From IMG/VR virus record IMGVR_UViG_3300031857_000094, positions 18,569 through 82,568 of that record: a stretch of 64,000 nucleotides of DNA. One strand, given 5' to 3'. Positions 55,410 to 64,000 of the stretch are shown piece by piece. The notes under the pieces were generated by a model. It saw nothing but the letters and a program-made list of their open reading frames with translations, did not search any database and was not told the origin of the DNA. Each line of letters begins with the position of its first letter. Positions within the stretch are counted from its first letter, which is position 1. Source of the DNA: a virus. The position numbers were made by a program, and so were the translations under genes.

Positions 55410-56499
55410 TAGGATTAGCTTCTTTCGTCTTGAGATTATCGAACGCGCGTTCTGCGGCTTTAGGTGTTGAACCAGTAATCATTGGAAGAATATCTGCTGG
55501 CTTGCGCAGTTTCTTTTGCTGAGAACGCCCAGGATCGACGCCTTGAAGTGTAGTTCCCTTGACGGACAGTCCCTGCTCTGACCAGTAGTGAGCAAGAACA
55601 TTGTATTTAGTATTGAACACCCAAAGCTCTTTAGCCCCAACGATTTTCGTAGGATCGATCGACACGATCTTCAGCTCTGTATGCTCTTTCTGGAACTTGA
55701 GCTTACCGACGAGCTTGTCAGCTGTCTTAGGCTTAGTCTTACGCGGCTTGCGCACAACTGACTTGCGGCTGTTAGACAGATACGATTCGCAGTCTGAGAT
55801 GATGCCAGAGAAAAGCTCAACTCGTTCCTTGAGCTGCTTCTTGGTCAGATACGCATACGCTTCCTTGAGCTGCGGATCAACATTGCGCTCTGATGCTTCA
55901 GTCAGTTCAGCAAACCATCCAGCATAATAATCAATCACACCGCGAACGTCTGCTGGCTTTGCGCTACGATTCTTAAGCCATTCATAGAAGCCAGATAGCG
56001 AGTCCGACTCTTCGTCGATCATCTGCTCAATATCAGTGATCAGTTCGTTGTATGGAAGTTTCTCAGGCACGTTTATCTTAGCTGCGGCTTGTTTCTTATC
56101 TTCTTCAACGAGAGCTGCGCCCTTACGGCATAACTCCATGATTCGCGATTCAATCTTCTTGCGCTTCTCAGAATCTTCCCAACCCATAACATACATACGA
56201 CACATGGCAGCCGTAGTGCTATTGATCTGCGAATCTGAGATGCGCTTAAACATCACGACTGCGGGCTTCGGCATATTTACCGTTTCCATGAACTCCAAGA
56301 TATAGCCACGAGCTTCCTTGGCTTCATAGAAATAGTTGTACCAATTGAACGCAGCCATTTCGCGAGAGCGGATCTCGCTCTCAGTCAGGAACGGCAAATC
56401 CTCCCACGATGGCTCAGCACCAAAATGCTTGGCATCAGCGCCACGAGGGAGAATGGTTTTACGTTTCTTTGCCTTTACAGCCAACAAGCTCTTAGCCAT
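55363..56499 (-). CDS. Conserved-type T4-like hypothetical protein
   Basis: FNWYNY, SI.P.KIVGA.ELWVFNTK, KGTT, KKLRKP and NGRIN motifs. Confidence 0.75.
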   Translation of the reverse strand: MAKSLLAVKAKKRKTILPRGADAKHFGAEPSWEDLPFLTESEIRSREMAAFNWYNYFYEAKEARGYILEFMETVNMPKPAVVMFKRISDSQINSTTAAMCRMYVMGWEDSEKRKKIESRIMELCRKGAALVEEDKKQAAAKINVPEKLPYNELITDIEQMIDEESDSLSGFYEWLKNRSAKPADVRGVIDYYAGWFAELTEASERNVDPQLKEAYAYLTKKQLKERVELFSGIISDCESYLSNSRKSVVRKPRKTKPKTADKLVGKLKFQKEHTELKIVSIDPTKIVGAKELWVFNTKYNVLAHYWSEQGLSVKGTTLQGVDPGRSQQKKLRKPADILPMITGSTPKAAERAFDNLKTKEANPNGRINEFTVILRAVK

Positions 56500-56523
56500 T
56501 AGGATATCCTTTCATCATGACTT

Positions 56524-56552
56524 ATCATAGCACATTGGCTGTTAATTGTCAA
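56524..56552 (-). promoter_or_regulatory. sigma70 early promoter
   Basis: TTGACA-N17-TATGAT. Confidence 0.75.
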
Positions 56553-57550
56553 GGCTTGTTTGCCATAGAAGCTAGGAAATCCCGCCACTGACTAGCCCGA
56601 ACGTCCCAATTATAGAACGAGTCGAAGTAGGCTTTTTGAAACTTGAGTCGTTCTTGATTGAATGGCGCTCTGTATTCCTTAATGACCATAGCCAATATGC
56701 CAGCGAACACATTGGCGTGCTTGTTATTGTTTTCTGTCCAGCCATACTGAACTGCGAAGTTGGCGCATGTTTCTGGAAGCGCAGCCAATGTTGGGCAAAT
56801 AACATTGCAGCCAGCGCTCATAGCCTCGATGACTGAGATACCAGAAGTTTCTGGCCAGATGCTGGGATATGTATAGATGTGCGCTTTCTTGAGAGCTTCG
56901 CGAATAACAGAGTTTGGCTGCCATCCATGATAAGTCATTTTGCCGTTGCGTTTGATACGTTCAAACAGTTCCTTGTATGGTTCATCGCGCTGTGGCCATC
57001 CGTAGATACCAAACGATGAATAGACATCAAGATGGAAGTCGAGCCCCTTATCAGCTAGGAACTCTACGACTGGAACAAGAAGCTCGAGTCCACGATGCGG
57101 AGTTGTATGATAGATCAGATTGATCGTGCCTTCAGGCTTTTCGTGAGGCTCGATAGGAACGATCGCGTTCTGAAGAACGATACCCTTGTCGTATGGTACT
57201 CCAAGTCCGAGATTGTAAGTAGACTGCTGATAGTGTGAAACGAATACGAGTTTCTCGAATCGGTCAAGACTCTTGGCGTCCTTCAGATGTTGTGACTCTG
57301 GATCGTCGAAAGTATCGTGTAGCCACAGAATGTTTTTCTTTGTCTTACTGATGCTATCTTCGCGCACGCGCGAGCAGATGATATTGAACTGATCAGTCAG
57401 CTCGTTTGGTAGTCGTGCCATCAAGCCTTCATACATCTGCTCAGTTCCACCCTTGGAACCAAGATGTGCATATGTACCATTCTTAGCTGGCTCAAGATCC
57501 TTAGCCTTAGTCGCGCTTTCTTTGAGTCCAGAGATATTCAATTTAGTCAT
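56549..57550 (-). CDS. GT-B glycosyltransferase (GT4-like)
   Basis: GGTE, LWLHD, TPHRGLE and YPSIWPETSGISVIEAMSAG motifs. Confidence 0.88.
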   Translation of the reverse strand: MTKLNISGLKESATKAKDLEPAKNGTYAHLGSKGGTEQMYEGLMARLPNELTDQFNIICSRVREDSISKTKKNILWLHDTFDDPESQHLKDAKSLDRFEKLVFVSHYQQSTYNLGLGVPYDKGIVLQNAIVPIEPHEKPEGTINLIYHTTPHRGLELLVPVVEFLADKGLDFHLDVYSSFGIYGWPQRDEPYKELFERIKRNGKMTYHGWQPNSVIREALKKAHIYTYPSIWPETSGISVIEAMSAGCNVICPTLAALPETCANFAVQYGWTENNNKHANVFAGILAMVIKEYRAPFNQERLKFQKAYFDSFYNWDVRASQWRDFLASMANKP

Positions 57551-57797
57551 TTACAATCCTCACGTCAATAATCGAATCCAGGCGGAACGAACGCCATCCA
57601 CTATTATCTATATCCCAAACAGCGAGCACATCTGGATTTTCCTTCTTAGTCGCTTCTCTTCGCTCTTGCGATAGATAATCTTCTGACAACGTGCAGTTCA
57701 TAACTCGTTCGGTTCCATCTTTCTTAACAAAAGAAATTTGAAGTTTCCCGTTGAACAGCATTTCACTCAGTTCATTCTTATCCCACAACTTCAACAT
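57543..57797 (-). CDS. SH3/WYL-like beta-barrel protein
   Basis: F.KKDGTER.M.CTL; VWD....GWRSFR.D. Confidence 0.75.
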   Translation of the reverse strand: MLKLWDKNELSEMLFNGKLQISFVKKDGTERVMNCTLSEDYLSQERREATKKENPDVLAVWDIDNSGWRSFRLDSIIDVRIVND

Positions 57798-58189
57798 TAG
57801 ATTTTCCTTCCGAGATACTTAGCTTCAGTTCCGTCAGTAATATACTGCGTCGCACCTTTGTTATAGGCAGGAGCAACGCGCATAGCCTTTTCTTCAATAG
57901 CCTTGACAGTAGCAGCAGACTCTTGACGATCACGCTTCCAGAGATGATCTGTGCGAATGTCGCGTTTAGCAGCTGCACCGCCAGGAATGGTATTGGATAG
58001 CGGAGCTGCGTTAGACACACATGAAAGTGAGTATGAAAACTTCTTAGCAGACTTGGTTGGCTTACGATATCCAACCTTATCAAGAAGTTCCTGAGTGATA
58101 CGCTGAGACTCGATCATAGCCTGAGTTGGCTTACGAGCTTTACGTTTACGCATATTGTTCGTGGTATAGTAGATAGGTAAAATAGCCAT
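57797..58189 (-). CDS. Hypothetical protein
   Basis: VAPAYNKG..QYI motif. Confidence 0.65.
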   Translation of the reverse strand: MAILPIYYTTNNMRKRKARKPTQAMIESQRITQELLDKVGYRKPTKSAKKFSYSLSCVSNAAPLSNTIPGGAAAKRDIRTDHLWKRDRQESAATVKAIEEKAMRVAPAYNKGATQYITDGTEAKYLGRKI

Positions 58190-58213
58190 AACTGACCCCT
58201 CATTACACTATTC

Positions 58214-58242
58214 ATTATATGCTATGAGGGGTCGATTGTCAA
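58214..58242 (-). promoter_or_regulatory. sigma70 early promoter
   Basis: TTGACA-N17-TATAAT. Confidence 0.8.
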
Positions 58243-58829
58243 GTATATTCGACCCAGCCAGTGACGATATATTTCGTATTGCTGATTGGCGGATTGCCAC
58301 GATGCGTATGAGTGAAGCCAGCAGGCCACAGAATGAATCTGCCCGTTTTGGCTTTAACTCTCTTAGGATAATACAGGAATTCCGTTTCTCCGCCTTCTTC
58401 AACATCATTTAGATATAGAATGAATGTGGCCACGCGACGCATGTTCTGTGGCGTATCATCTTCGTTATGCCAAACATGATATCCTCCGCCAATTTCAGTT
58501 TTCTGAATTTTGGCTAAACGAACAGTCATATTTGCCACTTGATTCAATACGCCATACTGTTCTGCGTATGCTGGATATACTGTATTCCAGAAACGTTCAG
58601 TCATCATACGGAAAGGTGCGATGTCTGAAATATCGAGTTCCATTCCAGACAAGAAATCAGAAAAGTAAAACTGATCATCTTTCTTTACGGTGGAGTTCGT
58701 TCCTTCTTTCTGTCGACTGATAGTAAATCCAGCTCGTTCCATTCTATTGAATGAGTCGATGAACTGCTGACACTCCTGTGCGGAAAACAAGTTATCGTAT
58801 TGAAGAATGAAATTTTCTACTGTAATCAT
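58239..58829 (-). CDS. 2OG-Fe(II) oxygenase, prolyl-4-hydroxylase-like
   Basis: YHVWH.E, LYLNDV..GGETEF, THTHRGNPP and KYI.TGW motifs. Confidence 0.88.
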   Translation of the reverse strand: MITVENFILQYDNLFSAQECQQFIDSFNRMERAGFTISRQKEGTNSTVKKDDQFYFSDFLSGMELDISDIAPFRMMTERFWNTVYPAYAEQYGVLNQVANMTVRLAKIQKTEIGGGYHVWHNEDDTPQNMRRVATFILYLNDVEEGGETEFLYYPKRVKAKTGRFILWPAGFTHTHRGNPPISNTKYIVTGWVEYT

Positions 58830-59302
58830 GCGCTTAGAATCTCCTTTAATCTATCGGCAGCATAAGATGCGGCAAACGCATCAGGCTTAACACGAGGAGT
58901 TACATTACACACACCTCGAACGTATCCGATCGCTTGCTGCACAACGCAACTACTACCATGAATTATATCTGGATTGATATCGAGATGAACTTCTGCGTGT
59001 CGATCTCCTATCGCTTCAGCAAGATCCATGTAAAGTTGTGAAACCTTATACACTTCGTTCATCAGACGATATGCTGGACGATCCATTCGTTGATCGAAGT
59101 CACGTTCAGTTTCCATACGCCCGAACACTTTGCAACCGCGCGATCCTTCATAATGAATCACGACAGCCAACGTGTAGTCAGCATACCACAGATCGTCTTT
59201 TCCGCAGTATCGTTCGCTATCTGCACCAATGTAAATGCAGGTGTTTTCAGAAGTGTTACGAATGAATTCACGCACTTCATCGATGTTCATATTCTTAATC
59301 AT
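58826..59302 (-). CDS. RNase H-like YkuK/DUF458 protein
   Basis: IYIGADS, RLMNEV, EVHLDIN and KP.AFAASYAAD motifs. Confidence 0.8.
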   Translation of the reverse strand: MIKNMNIDEVREFIRNTSENTCIYIGADSERYCGKDDLWYADYTLAVVIHYEGSRGCKVFGRMETERDFDQRMDRPAYRLMNEVYKVSQLYMDLAEAIGDRHAEVHLDINPDIIHGSSCVVQQAIGYVRGVCNVTPRVKPDAFAASYAADRLKEILSA

Positions 59303-59303
59303 A

Positions 59304-60821
59304 TTATTCGCTCAACATTTTCTGCTTATATGTATGTATCCTAGATTCGTAGTTTTTTCTTAATGCACCAAAAACCGCTCCACTCTTATTCTGATCTGCT
59401 AATCTTGCCAGCTTTACAGCGTTTTCTACTTTCAATCCTACGTTGTGCAAGAACGGTAGCGAAAACGCAGCTATCGTTGAGTTCGTTTTCATATTGAATG
59501 TATAGGCCAACTTCATAAACTCATCAGATTTTCCCCAAGGACTAGTCCAGGTGCCAGGATCATTTCCTGATTTTTCATAAACGCTGAATGGATTATTACG
59601 ACTCGCGTTAATTTCATTCTTGGTTTCATTACCTTCAAATAGGATCAACGAAGTGAACGTGTAGTGATCAATGTAATGTTTTCCTTCCTTAGAATTCAAC
59701 CATTCGTATGTTCTATACAAGTCCTCTGGTGTTTCGTACGGAAGTCCCGAAATGAACGAAGCAGTTGTAACGCAGTTATCGCCAATCACATCTCTGAATA
59801 TATCAAAAGATTTCATCAGCTTATCTTTGTCTGTCATCTTACCGATGCTAGGCCCAGCTTCCTTCTTTAAGGACTCGATACCGAACGTAGCTCCAGCTAT
59901 GCCTGAATCAAGCAGTAGCTGAGCTTGTTCTTTCCTCTTAATTGTATCAAGCCTAACGTATCCAGTCCATCGAATATCTACGCCAGTTTTTTCTCTGATC
60001 TTAATTAAGAACTTCAACTTTTCTTCATAGTCGTTCATGATGTTGTCAGTCAGTAGGTACATTCTTGTTTTGAACTTTTCATAGTTCGTTAGAAGTTCAC
60101 GCTCGAAGCTCTCGTATGAGCGCATGTACTCAGTTTTCTTTTTACCCAAAGCGGCATAGTTGCAAAACTGACAACTGAATATGCATCCAGCAGCAACTTC
60201 AGTAGAGAGACTTTCGTCATCCATGATGTGATCTTCAAGTATAGGTGTAGATGCACAATCACTGAAGTCTACGATGTTAGAAGTATATGCTATCTTAGAA
60301 CCACGAATTTCGGTGAATTCGATAGTTTGATTTTTAGCCAACTTGTCTATGACGTCGATGTTATTACCTAAAACGTAATAGTCAACATACTTATCGAGAA
60401 CGTCAATACCCCAAGCATATCTTTTTGATCTTTTGAATTTAGATTCAATGATTTCCCATCCACCAAGCAGAATAGGAATCTGTAATCTTTTACATAACGA
60501 AAACGTTTTTATGAAAAATTGGAAAGTATCTAATCCCCAAGCATGCCCTTCTTCTTCTTGATCGGGAAGTTCTGATACGTTCTTTCGAAAAGTCGTATTG
60601 ATGAAAGACGTGCTAAAACACGCAATAGACTGTTCGCCTTGCGTGAAGTTTTCTATAATCTGTTTGATTTCTTCTACTGAAAACGAAAGACAGTTATGAA
60701 TTTGTTTGACTTCATAACCAACTGATCGAAGCATATATGAAAGTCTAAGATTAGAAGCAGATTTCATGAAGTTGAAACCTGTTCCATTGTTTTCAGAAAA
60801 GATAATGATCTTACGAATCAT
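59304..60821 (-). CDS. Radical SAM protein, B12-binding-like class
   Basis: GCIFSCQFC, FGIESL and FISGLPYET motifs; N-terminal Rossmannoid region. Confidence 0.8.
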   Translation of the reverse strand: MIRKIIIFSENNGTGFNFMKSASNLRLSYMLRSVGYEVKQIHNCLSFSVEEIKQIIENFTQGEQSIACFSTSFINTTFRKNVSELPDQEEEGHAWGLDTFQFFIKTFSLCKRLQIPILLGGWEIIESKFKRSKRYAWGIDVLDKYVDYYVLGNNIDVIDKLAKNQTIEFTEIRGSKIAYTSNIVDFSDCASTPILEDHIMDDESLSTEVAAGCIFSCQFCNYAALGKKKTEYMRSYESFERELLTNYEKFKTRMYLLTDNIMNDYEEKLKFLIKIREKTGVDIRWTGYVRLDTIKRKEQAQLLLDSGIAGATFGIESLKKEAGPSIGKMTDKDKLMKSFDIFRDVIGDNCVTTASFISGLPYETPEDLYRTYEWLNSKEGKHYIDHYTFTSLILFEGNETKNEINASRNNPFSVYEKSGNDPGTWTSPWGKSDEFMKLAYTFNMKTNSTIAAFSLPFLHNVGLKVENAVKLARLADQNKSGAVFGALRKNYESRIHTYKQKMLSE

Positions 60822-61683
60822 CAGTCGTCAATCTACGAACGATTTCTTGCACTGGTAATAACTCATTTGTAAAATCGATTCCAGTTCCAGCAAATATCAC
60901 ACCTCTTTCTAGATTTCCAGACACTCCCTCATAAAGTCTTTTGTCGATAGTTCTTCTTCTTTTCTGTTCTGGTTCAATATCTCGATAGATTAATCCCTGT
61001 AATCCAGAAAGTTTCATTCTAGAAAGATCGTTAGAAGTTTTTTCTAACATCCTTTTCTTTGTTGAGATATCTATCGAGCTTTCTTCACTCATTGCAAAAA
61101 GAGTGCCTATCGAAACTGCAAGAGCGCCCGAATTCATATAATAATCTATTTGAGCTTTGGAAGCTATTCCGCCAGATGGTATCAACTTATCTGCTGAAAT
61201 GAATTGTTTTTGAATGTCAAAAAAATCTTTAGTTTTAAGATTATGACTATAGCCTGCAGACTCAGTTCCGTTAAGAACTAGTGCATCAAATCCAAATGTT
61301 TTATTATTAACAATCGCAACTTTCCTCATAATGAAACAATCTAGTTCGCGTAATCGTTCAATAAAGTTTCTATCATTGTTGAGATCAGTATGTATCAACT
61401 CACAATGACTGATCTTATACTTTTCAATCAACTTTAATATGAATGTTTCTAAGAGCGAACTATCAGGAATAGCTACTCCTAAAATCAAACGGCAGTGACC
61501 CATTTCTTGAGTGAACTTATCTAATTCTGATGGTAGCTTTTTGAGCTGAGATTCAAATGGAGCTGTAGTTAAACTTGGTACGATACCAGCTTTGGCACAA
61601 GCAATAGCTAAATTGATATCACTTACGCAAGTCATAGCTGAACACGTAATAGGATGTTCATATCCAAAAAAATCTCTATACAT
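60811..61683 (-). CDS. Nitronate monooxygenase-like FMN TIM-barrel oxidoreductase
   Basis: PI..SAM..VSD..LA.A...AG, G.ESAG, SGGI and GTLFAMSEES motifs. Confidence 0.75.
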   Translation of the reverse strand: MYRDFFGYEHPITCSAMTCVSDINLAIACAKAGIVPSLTTAPFESQLKKLPSELDKFTQEMGHCRLILGVAIPDSSLLETFILKLIEKYKISHCELIHTDLNNDRNFIERLRELDCFIMRKVAIVNNKTFGFDALVLNGTESAGYSHNLKTKDFFDIQKQFISADKLIPSGGIASKAQIDYYMNSGALAVSIGTLFAMSEESSIDISTKKRMLEKTSNDLSRMKLSGLQGLIYRDIEPEQKRRRTIDKRLYEGVSGNLERGVIFAGTGIDFTNELLPVQEIVRRLTTDDS

Positions 61684-61698
61684 AATGATCCTATTAAA

Positions 61699-61772
61699 TG
61701 GCACCAGTGGAAGGAGTCGAACCCTCGCCTGCGGTTTTGGAGACCGCCGTGCTACCGTAACACTTCACTGAT
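61699..61772 (-). tRNA. tRNA-Trp(CCA)
   Basis: Anticodon arm GCGGT-CTCCAAA-ACCGC; encoded CCA end. Confidence 0.92.
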
Positions 61773-61775
61773 ATT

Positions 61776-63620
61776 TCAAAATACCCATTTCAGCCCGACG
61801 AGACCATAAGTATTATTATATCTCGTATTGATTCCTTTGTCAAATCCTACGGTCGCTGTCAGTGAAACGTTTTTACCAATCTTTTCACTAACTGTAACAC
61901 GATTACTTATAATAGTTTTATGATCTGTATTAGTAATCACGCGAGTTTCAATGGCTGCATTCTTGCTGATTTCATATCTTGCGCCAATATATGGGCTAGC
62001 TTTTGTTGTGGATCCGTTTCTAGGTTTGCTCGACAACAGTGGTGATCCGCTTTCTGTTGAGTCTAACTCACTTCTATTTACAGTAACTCCTACGAGTGGT
62101 CTGAATCCATAGAACGACTGCGGTGAATATACAGCCATGTCAGCATAGAAGTTCTTCTGATTCACTTTGTTGTTATTGATCAGAGCAAACTCAGGAATAG
62201 AAACATTCGTTCTGTGATCGCTTGAGCTAAATCCTACAGATCCTTTGACCCAAGCATACGGCTGACGACTCATGATGTATGCGGTGCCGCTAGTTGACTC
62301 TGTAGAAGTTTTAGATCCAGTGTATCCACGAGAGTCACCAGCAAGGTGACTGAACGCGAATCCGAATGTGTTGTTATCTATAGTTCTTTGCCAACCAAAC
62401 GCAGCACCGCTAAGAGCGAACTTACCGTTGATGCTTCCTGCTGGTGCAGCCCACGTTCCATCTGGTGTTGATAGTGGATCAATTAAGAACAGATTCATAT
62501 TCTTATGAGCAACTGCATCTTTAGCACCAGTCGAAGATACACTCTTCGTTTTAGCTGAAGAATCACCAAACTGATACGTCGTTCCTGTCTGCGTAGTTGT
62601 AGTCGCAGGATTGTTTGGATCAGCAATCGTTGTAGTTGTATTGTCGCTCCATGTCTGAGTTACCTGCGGAGTTGTAACTGTTGTGGTTGTCCAAGGCGTA
62701 GCAGTTACAGGAGTCGTTGTCTGAGTTACGTTGAACTGAGACCCTGTATTCGTGCTTGAGTTTACTATCAAACTAGCAGCAGGAGCAGAAGTTCCAAAAG
62801 TCGTTGACGAAGTAACAGTTGGATTGGTCGGAGTTGTGCTCACTACTGTTGGATTTGATGGTGTAACAGGACCAACAGTCGGCATGTCTGGATTGTTAGG
62901 AGCAACAGCACCGAACGTAGTTCCGTTCTTCGTTACAGTTCCAAGACCATCGTTCACATACAGAACTGGCGAGAGCGCCGTGTCGCCCTGATTGAATGAA
63001 GCAAAGCCAAGACGATATGTTCCAGCATCTACGACTTCGTAGTTGACGATCTGCCAACCAGTTGAACCGTAAGAGCCAGTTGAATAGTTACCTGTTCCTG
63101 GATTTGTAGCACCAAGCAGAATGTATTGTGTAAGAATGTTATTGATCTTACCGAGCGTTGTTGCGCTGCTTGTATTCACGAATGACGTGATCGAACCATC
63201 GTTGAATGGAACGTAGTCAGTCGATGTGTAGACCCAATACATCGAGAACGTAGCAGGAGCGTTGAACGAGAAGTCTTTGTAGACCCATGCTCCGTTTGTA
63301 ATCGACCCGCCACCAGATGGATTCTGTGCTGCAATTTCAGCAGCCAATGCGGAAGCAGACGCTGAACTCATTCCGAGCGCGCCTGTCATAGTATTAAATG
63401 TTGCTGTTGGATTAGTTGGCGTGAGACCAACCATCGTGGAACCAGTGTAAGGACTGATAGCCCATGCGTTCGGACCAGCCTGAAGATTCTGTGTTCCAGT
63501 ATATGTTGTTGTGCCGGCGGGACCATTAGCCCAACCGCTGGCGCTTAGTGAGTAATCTTGGGCTGATGCTGTTGTTACAAACGCGAACAGAGCCGCTGTT
63601 GCGGCTAAAATTTTCTTCAT
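61776..63620 (-). CDS. Autotransporter-like outer-membrane protein
   Basis: Sec signal MKKILAATAALFAFVTTASA/Q, Thr/Pro linker, amphipathic beta-strands, C-terminal GLKWVF. Confidence 0.7.
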   Translation of the reverse strand: MKKILAATAALFAFVTTASAQDYSLSASGWANGPAGTTTYTGTQNLQAGPNAWAISPYTGSTMVGLTPTNPTATFNTMTGALGMSSASASALAAEIAAQNPSGGGSITNGAWVYKDFSFNAPATFSMYWVYTSTDYVPFNDGSITSFVNTSSATTLGKINNILTQYILLGATNPGTGNYSTGSYGSTGWQIVNYEVVDAGTYRLGFASFNQGDTALSPVLYVNDGLGTVTKNGTTFGAVAPNNPDMPTVGPVTPSNPTVVSTTPTNPTVTSSTTFGTSAPAASLIVNSSTNTGSQFNVTQTTTPVTATPWTTTTVTTPQVTQTWSDNTTTTIADPNNPATTTTQTGTTYQFGDSSAKTKSVSSTGAKDAVAHKNMNLFLIDPLSTPDGTWAAPAGSINGKFALSGAAFGWQRTIDNNTFGFAFSHLAGDSRGYTGSKTSTESTSGTAYIMSRQPYAWVKGSVGFSSSDHRTNVSIPEFALINNNKVNQKNFYADMAVYSPQSFYGFRPLVGVTVNRSELDSTESGSPLLSSKPRNGSTTKASPYIGARYEISKNAAIETRVITNTDHKTIISNRVTVSEKIGKNVSLTATVGFDKGINTRYNNTYGLVGLKWVF

Positions 63621-63690
63621 TTGACCTCCCTATGTGTGGACGATTTACGTCATCAACATCATAGTGAAGTCAATCAGAACATTTGCGTTC

Positions 63691-63698
63691 TATTTATA
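63691..63698 (-). promoter_or_regulatory. T4-type late promoter TATAAATA
   Basis: Exact consensus between the tRNA array and the autotransporter-like gene. Confidence 0.65.
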
Positions 63699-63700
63699 AG

Positions 63701-63788
63701 TGGCGGAGAGTATAGGATTCGAACCTATGCTACTTTTCAGTAGGACGATTTAGCAAACCGCTGCTTTCGACCGCTCAGCCAACTCTCC
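63701..63788 (-). tRNA. tRNA-Ser(GCT)
   Basis: Loop TTGCTAA; long variable arm; G73; CCA. Confidence 0.92.
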
Positions 63789-63793
63789 GTAAA

Positions 63794-63869
63794 TGGTGTC
63801 GGAAGCAAGGATCGAACTTGCGACGCGCGGCGTATGAGACCACTGCTCTACCATCTGAGCTATTCCGAC
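63794..63869 (-). tRNA. tRNA with CAT anticodon (elongator Met or Ile2)
   Basis: Anticodon arm GTGGT-CTCATAC-GCCGC; G1-C72 paired, so not an initiator; CCA. Confidence 0.85.
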
Positions 63870-63873
63870 GAAT

Positions 63874-63950
63874 TGGTGCCCTATGTAAGATTCGAACTTA
63901 CAACCTTCGGTTTCTAAGACCGACACCTCTACCAGTTGGGCTAATAGGGC
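63874..63950 (-). tRNA. tRNA-Leu(TAG) with a short variable loop
   Basis: Anticodon arm TCGGT-CTTAGAA-ACCGA; 5-nt variable loop; A73; CCA. Confidence 0.85.
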
Positions 63951-63954
63951 AAAT

Positions 63955-64000
63955 TGGAGCGGAGAATGGGGATCGAACCCACGACCACTTGCTTGGCAAG
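63955..64000 (-). tRNA. tRNA-Gly(GCC), partial (5' part outside the window)
   Basis: TTGCCAA loop, GTTCGA T-arm and TCCA end. Confidence 0.8.

Noticed and set aside
1-64000. Genome-wide stop-codon reassignment
   Set aside because: Core genes are full length in the standard code; TAG, TGA and TAA all terminate genes at expected positions; no suppressor anticodon (the TAG anticodon is Leu)
5265-64000. Introns, inteins, homing endonucleases, integrase or transposase
   Set aside because: No LAGLIDADG, GIY-YIG, HNH, intein or recombinase motifs recognised; thyX, phoH and rnh are uninterrupted

Overview
This window is part of a large T4-like (myovirus-type) phage genome. The host is probably an alphaproteobacterium, inferred from a two-piece tmRNA and a KdsA gene. 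Positions 1-32 kb hold a tail-fibre/baseplate/tail module: collagen-like fibre, a VrlC/DUF4815-like 2.1 kaa protein, gp8, gp7, gp6, gp25, a split gp5, gp27-like hub, gp53, gp48, gp4, gp2, gp54-like, gp26/gp51 joined by a -1 slippery site, and two tape-measure-like proteins. An enzyme cassette with two PP-loop proteins and a desaturase-like protein is appended to it. Positions 32-64 kb (all minus strand) hold replication and early genes (gp32, gp59, gp33, rnh, thyX, dNMP kinase, phoH, MazG-like, Cas4-like), kdsA, radical SAM enzymes, an autotransporter-like protein, six tRNAs and many near-consensus sigma70 promoters. Highlights: (1) a TET/JBP dioxygenase-GalE-TAGT glycosyltransferase operon in which both DNA-acting enzymes end in a T4-type sliding-clamp-binding motif, suggesting replication-coupled DNA glycosylation; (2) a phage-encoded circularly permuted tmRNA (tag ANDNAPISYALAA) missed by the ORF track; (3) an early gene whose mRNA lacks ACA and several other triplets; (4) a perfect sigma70 promoter firing antisense into the late baseplate operon. 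All calls come from motif recognition by eye; no database searches were run.
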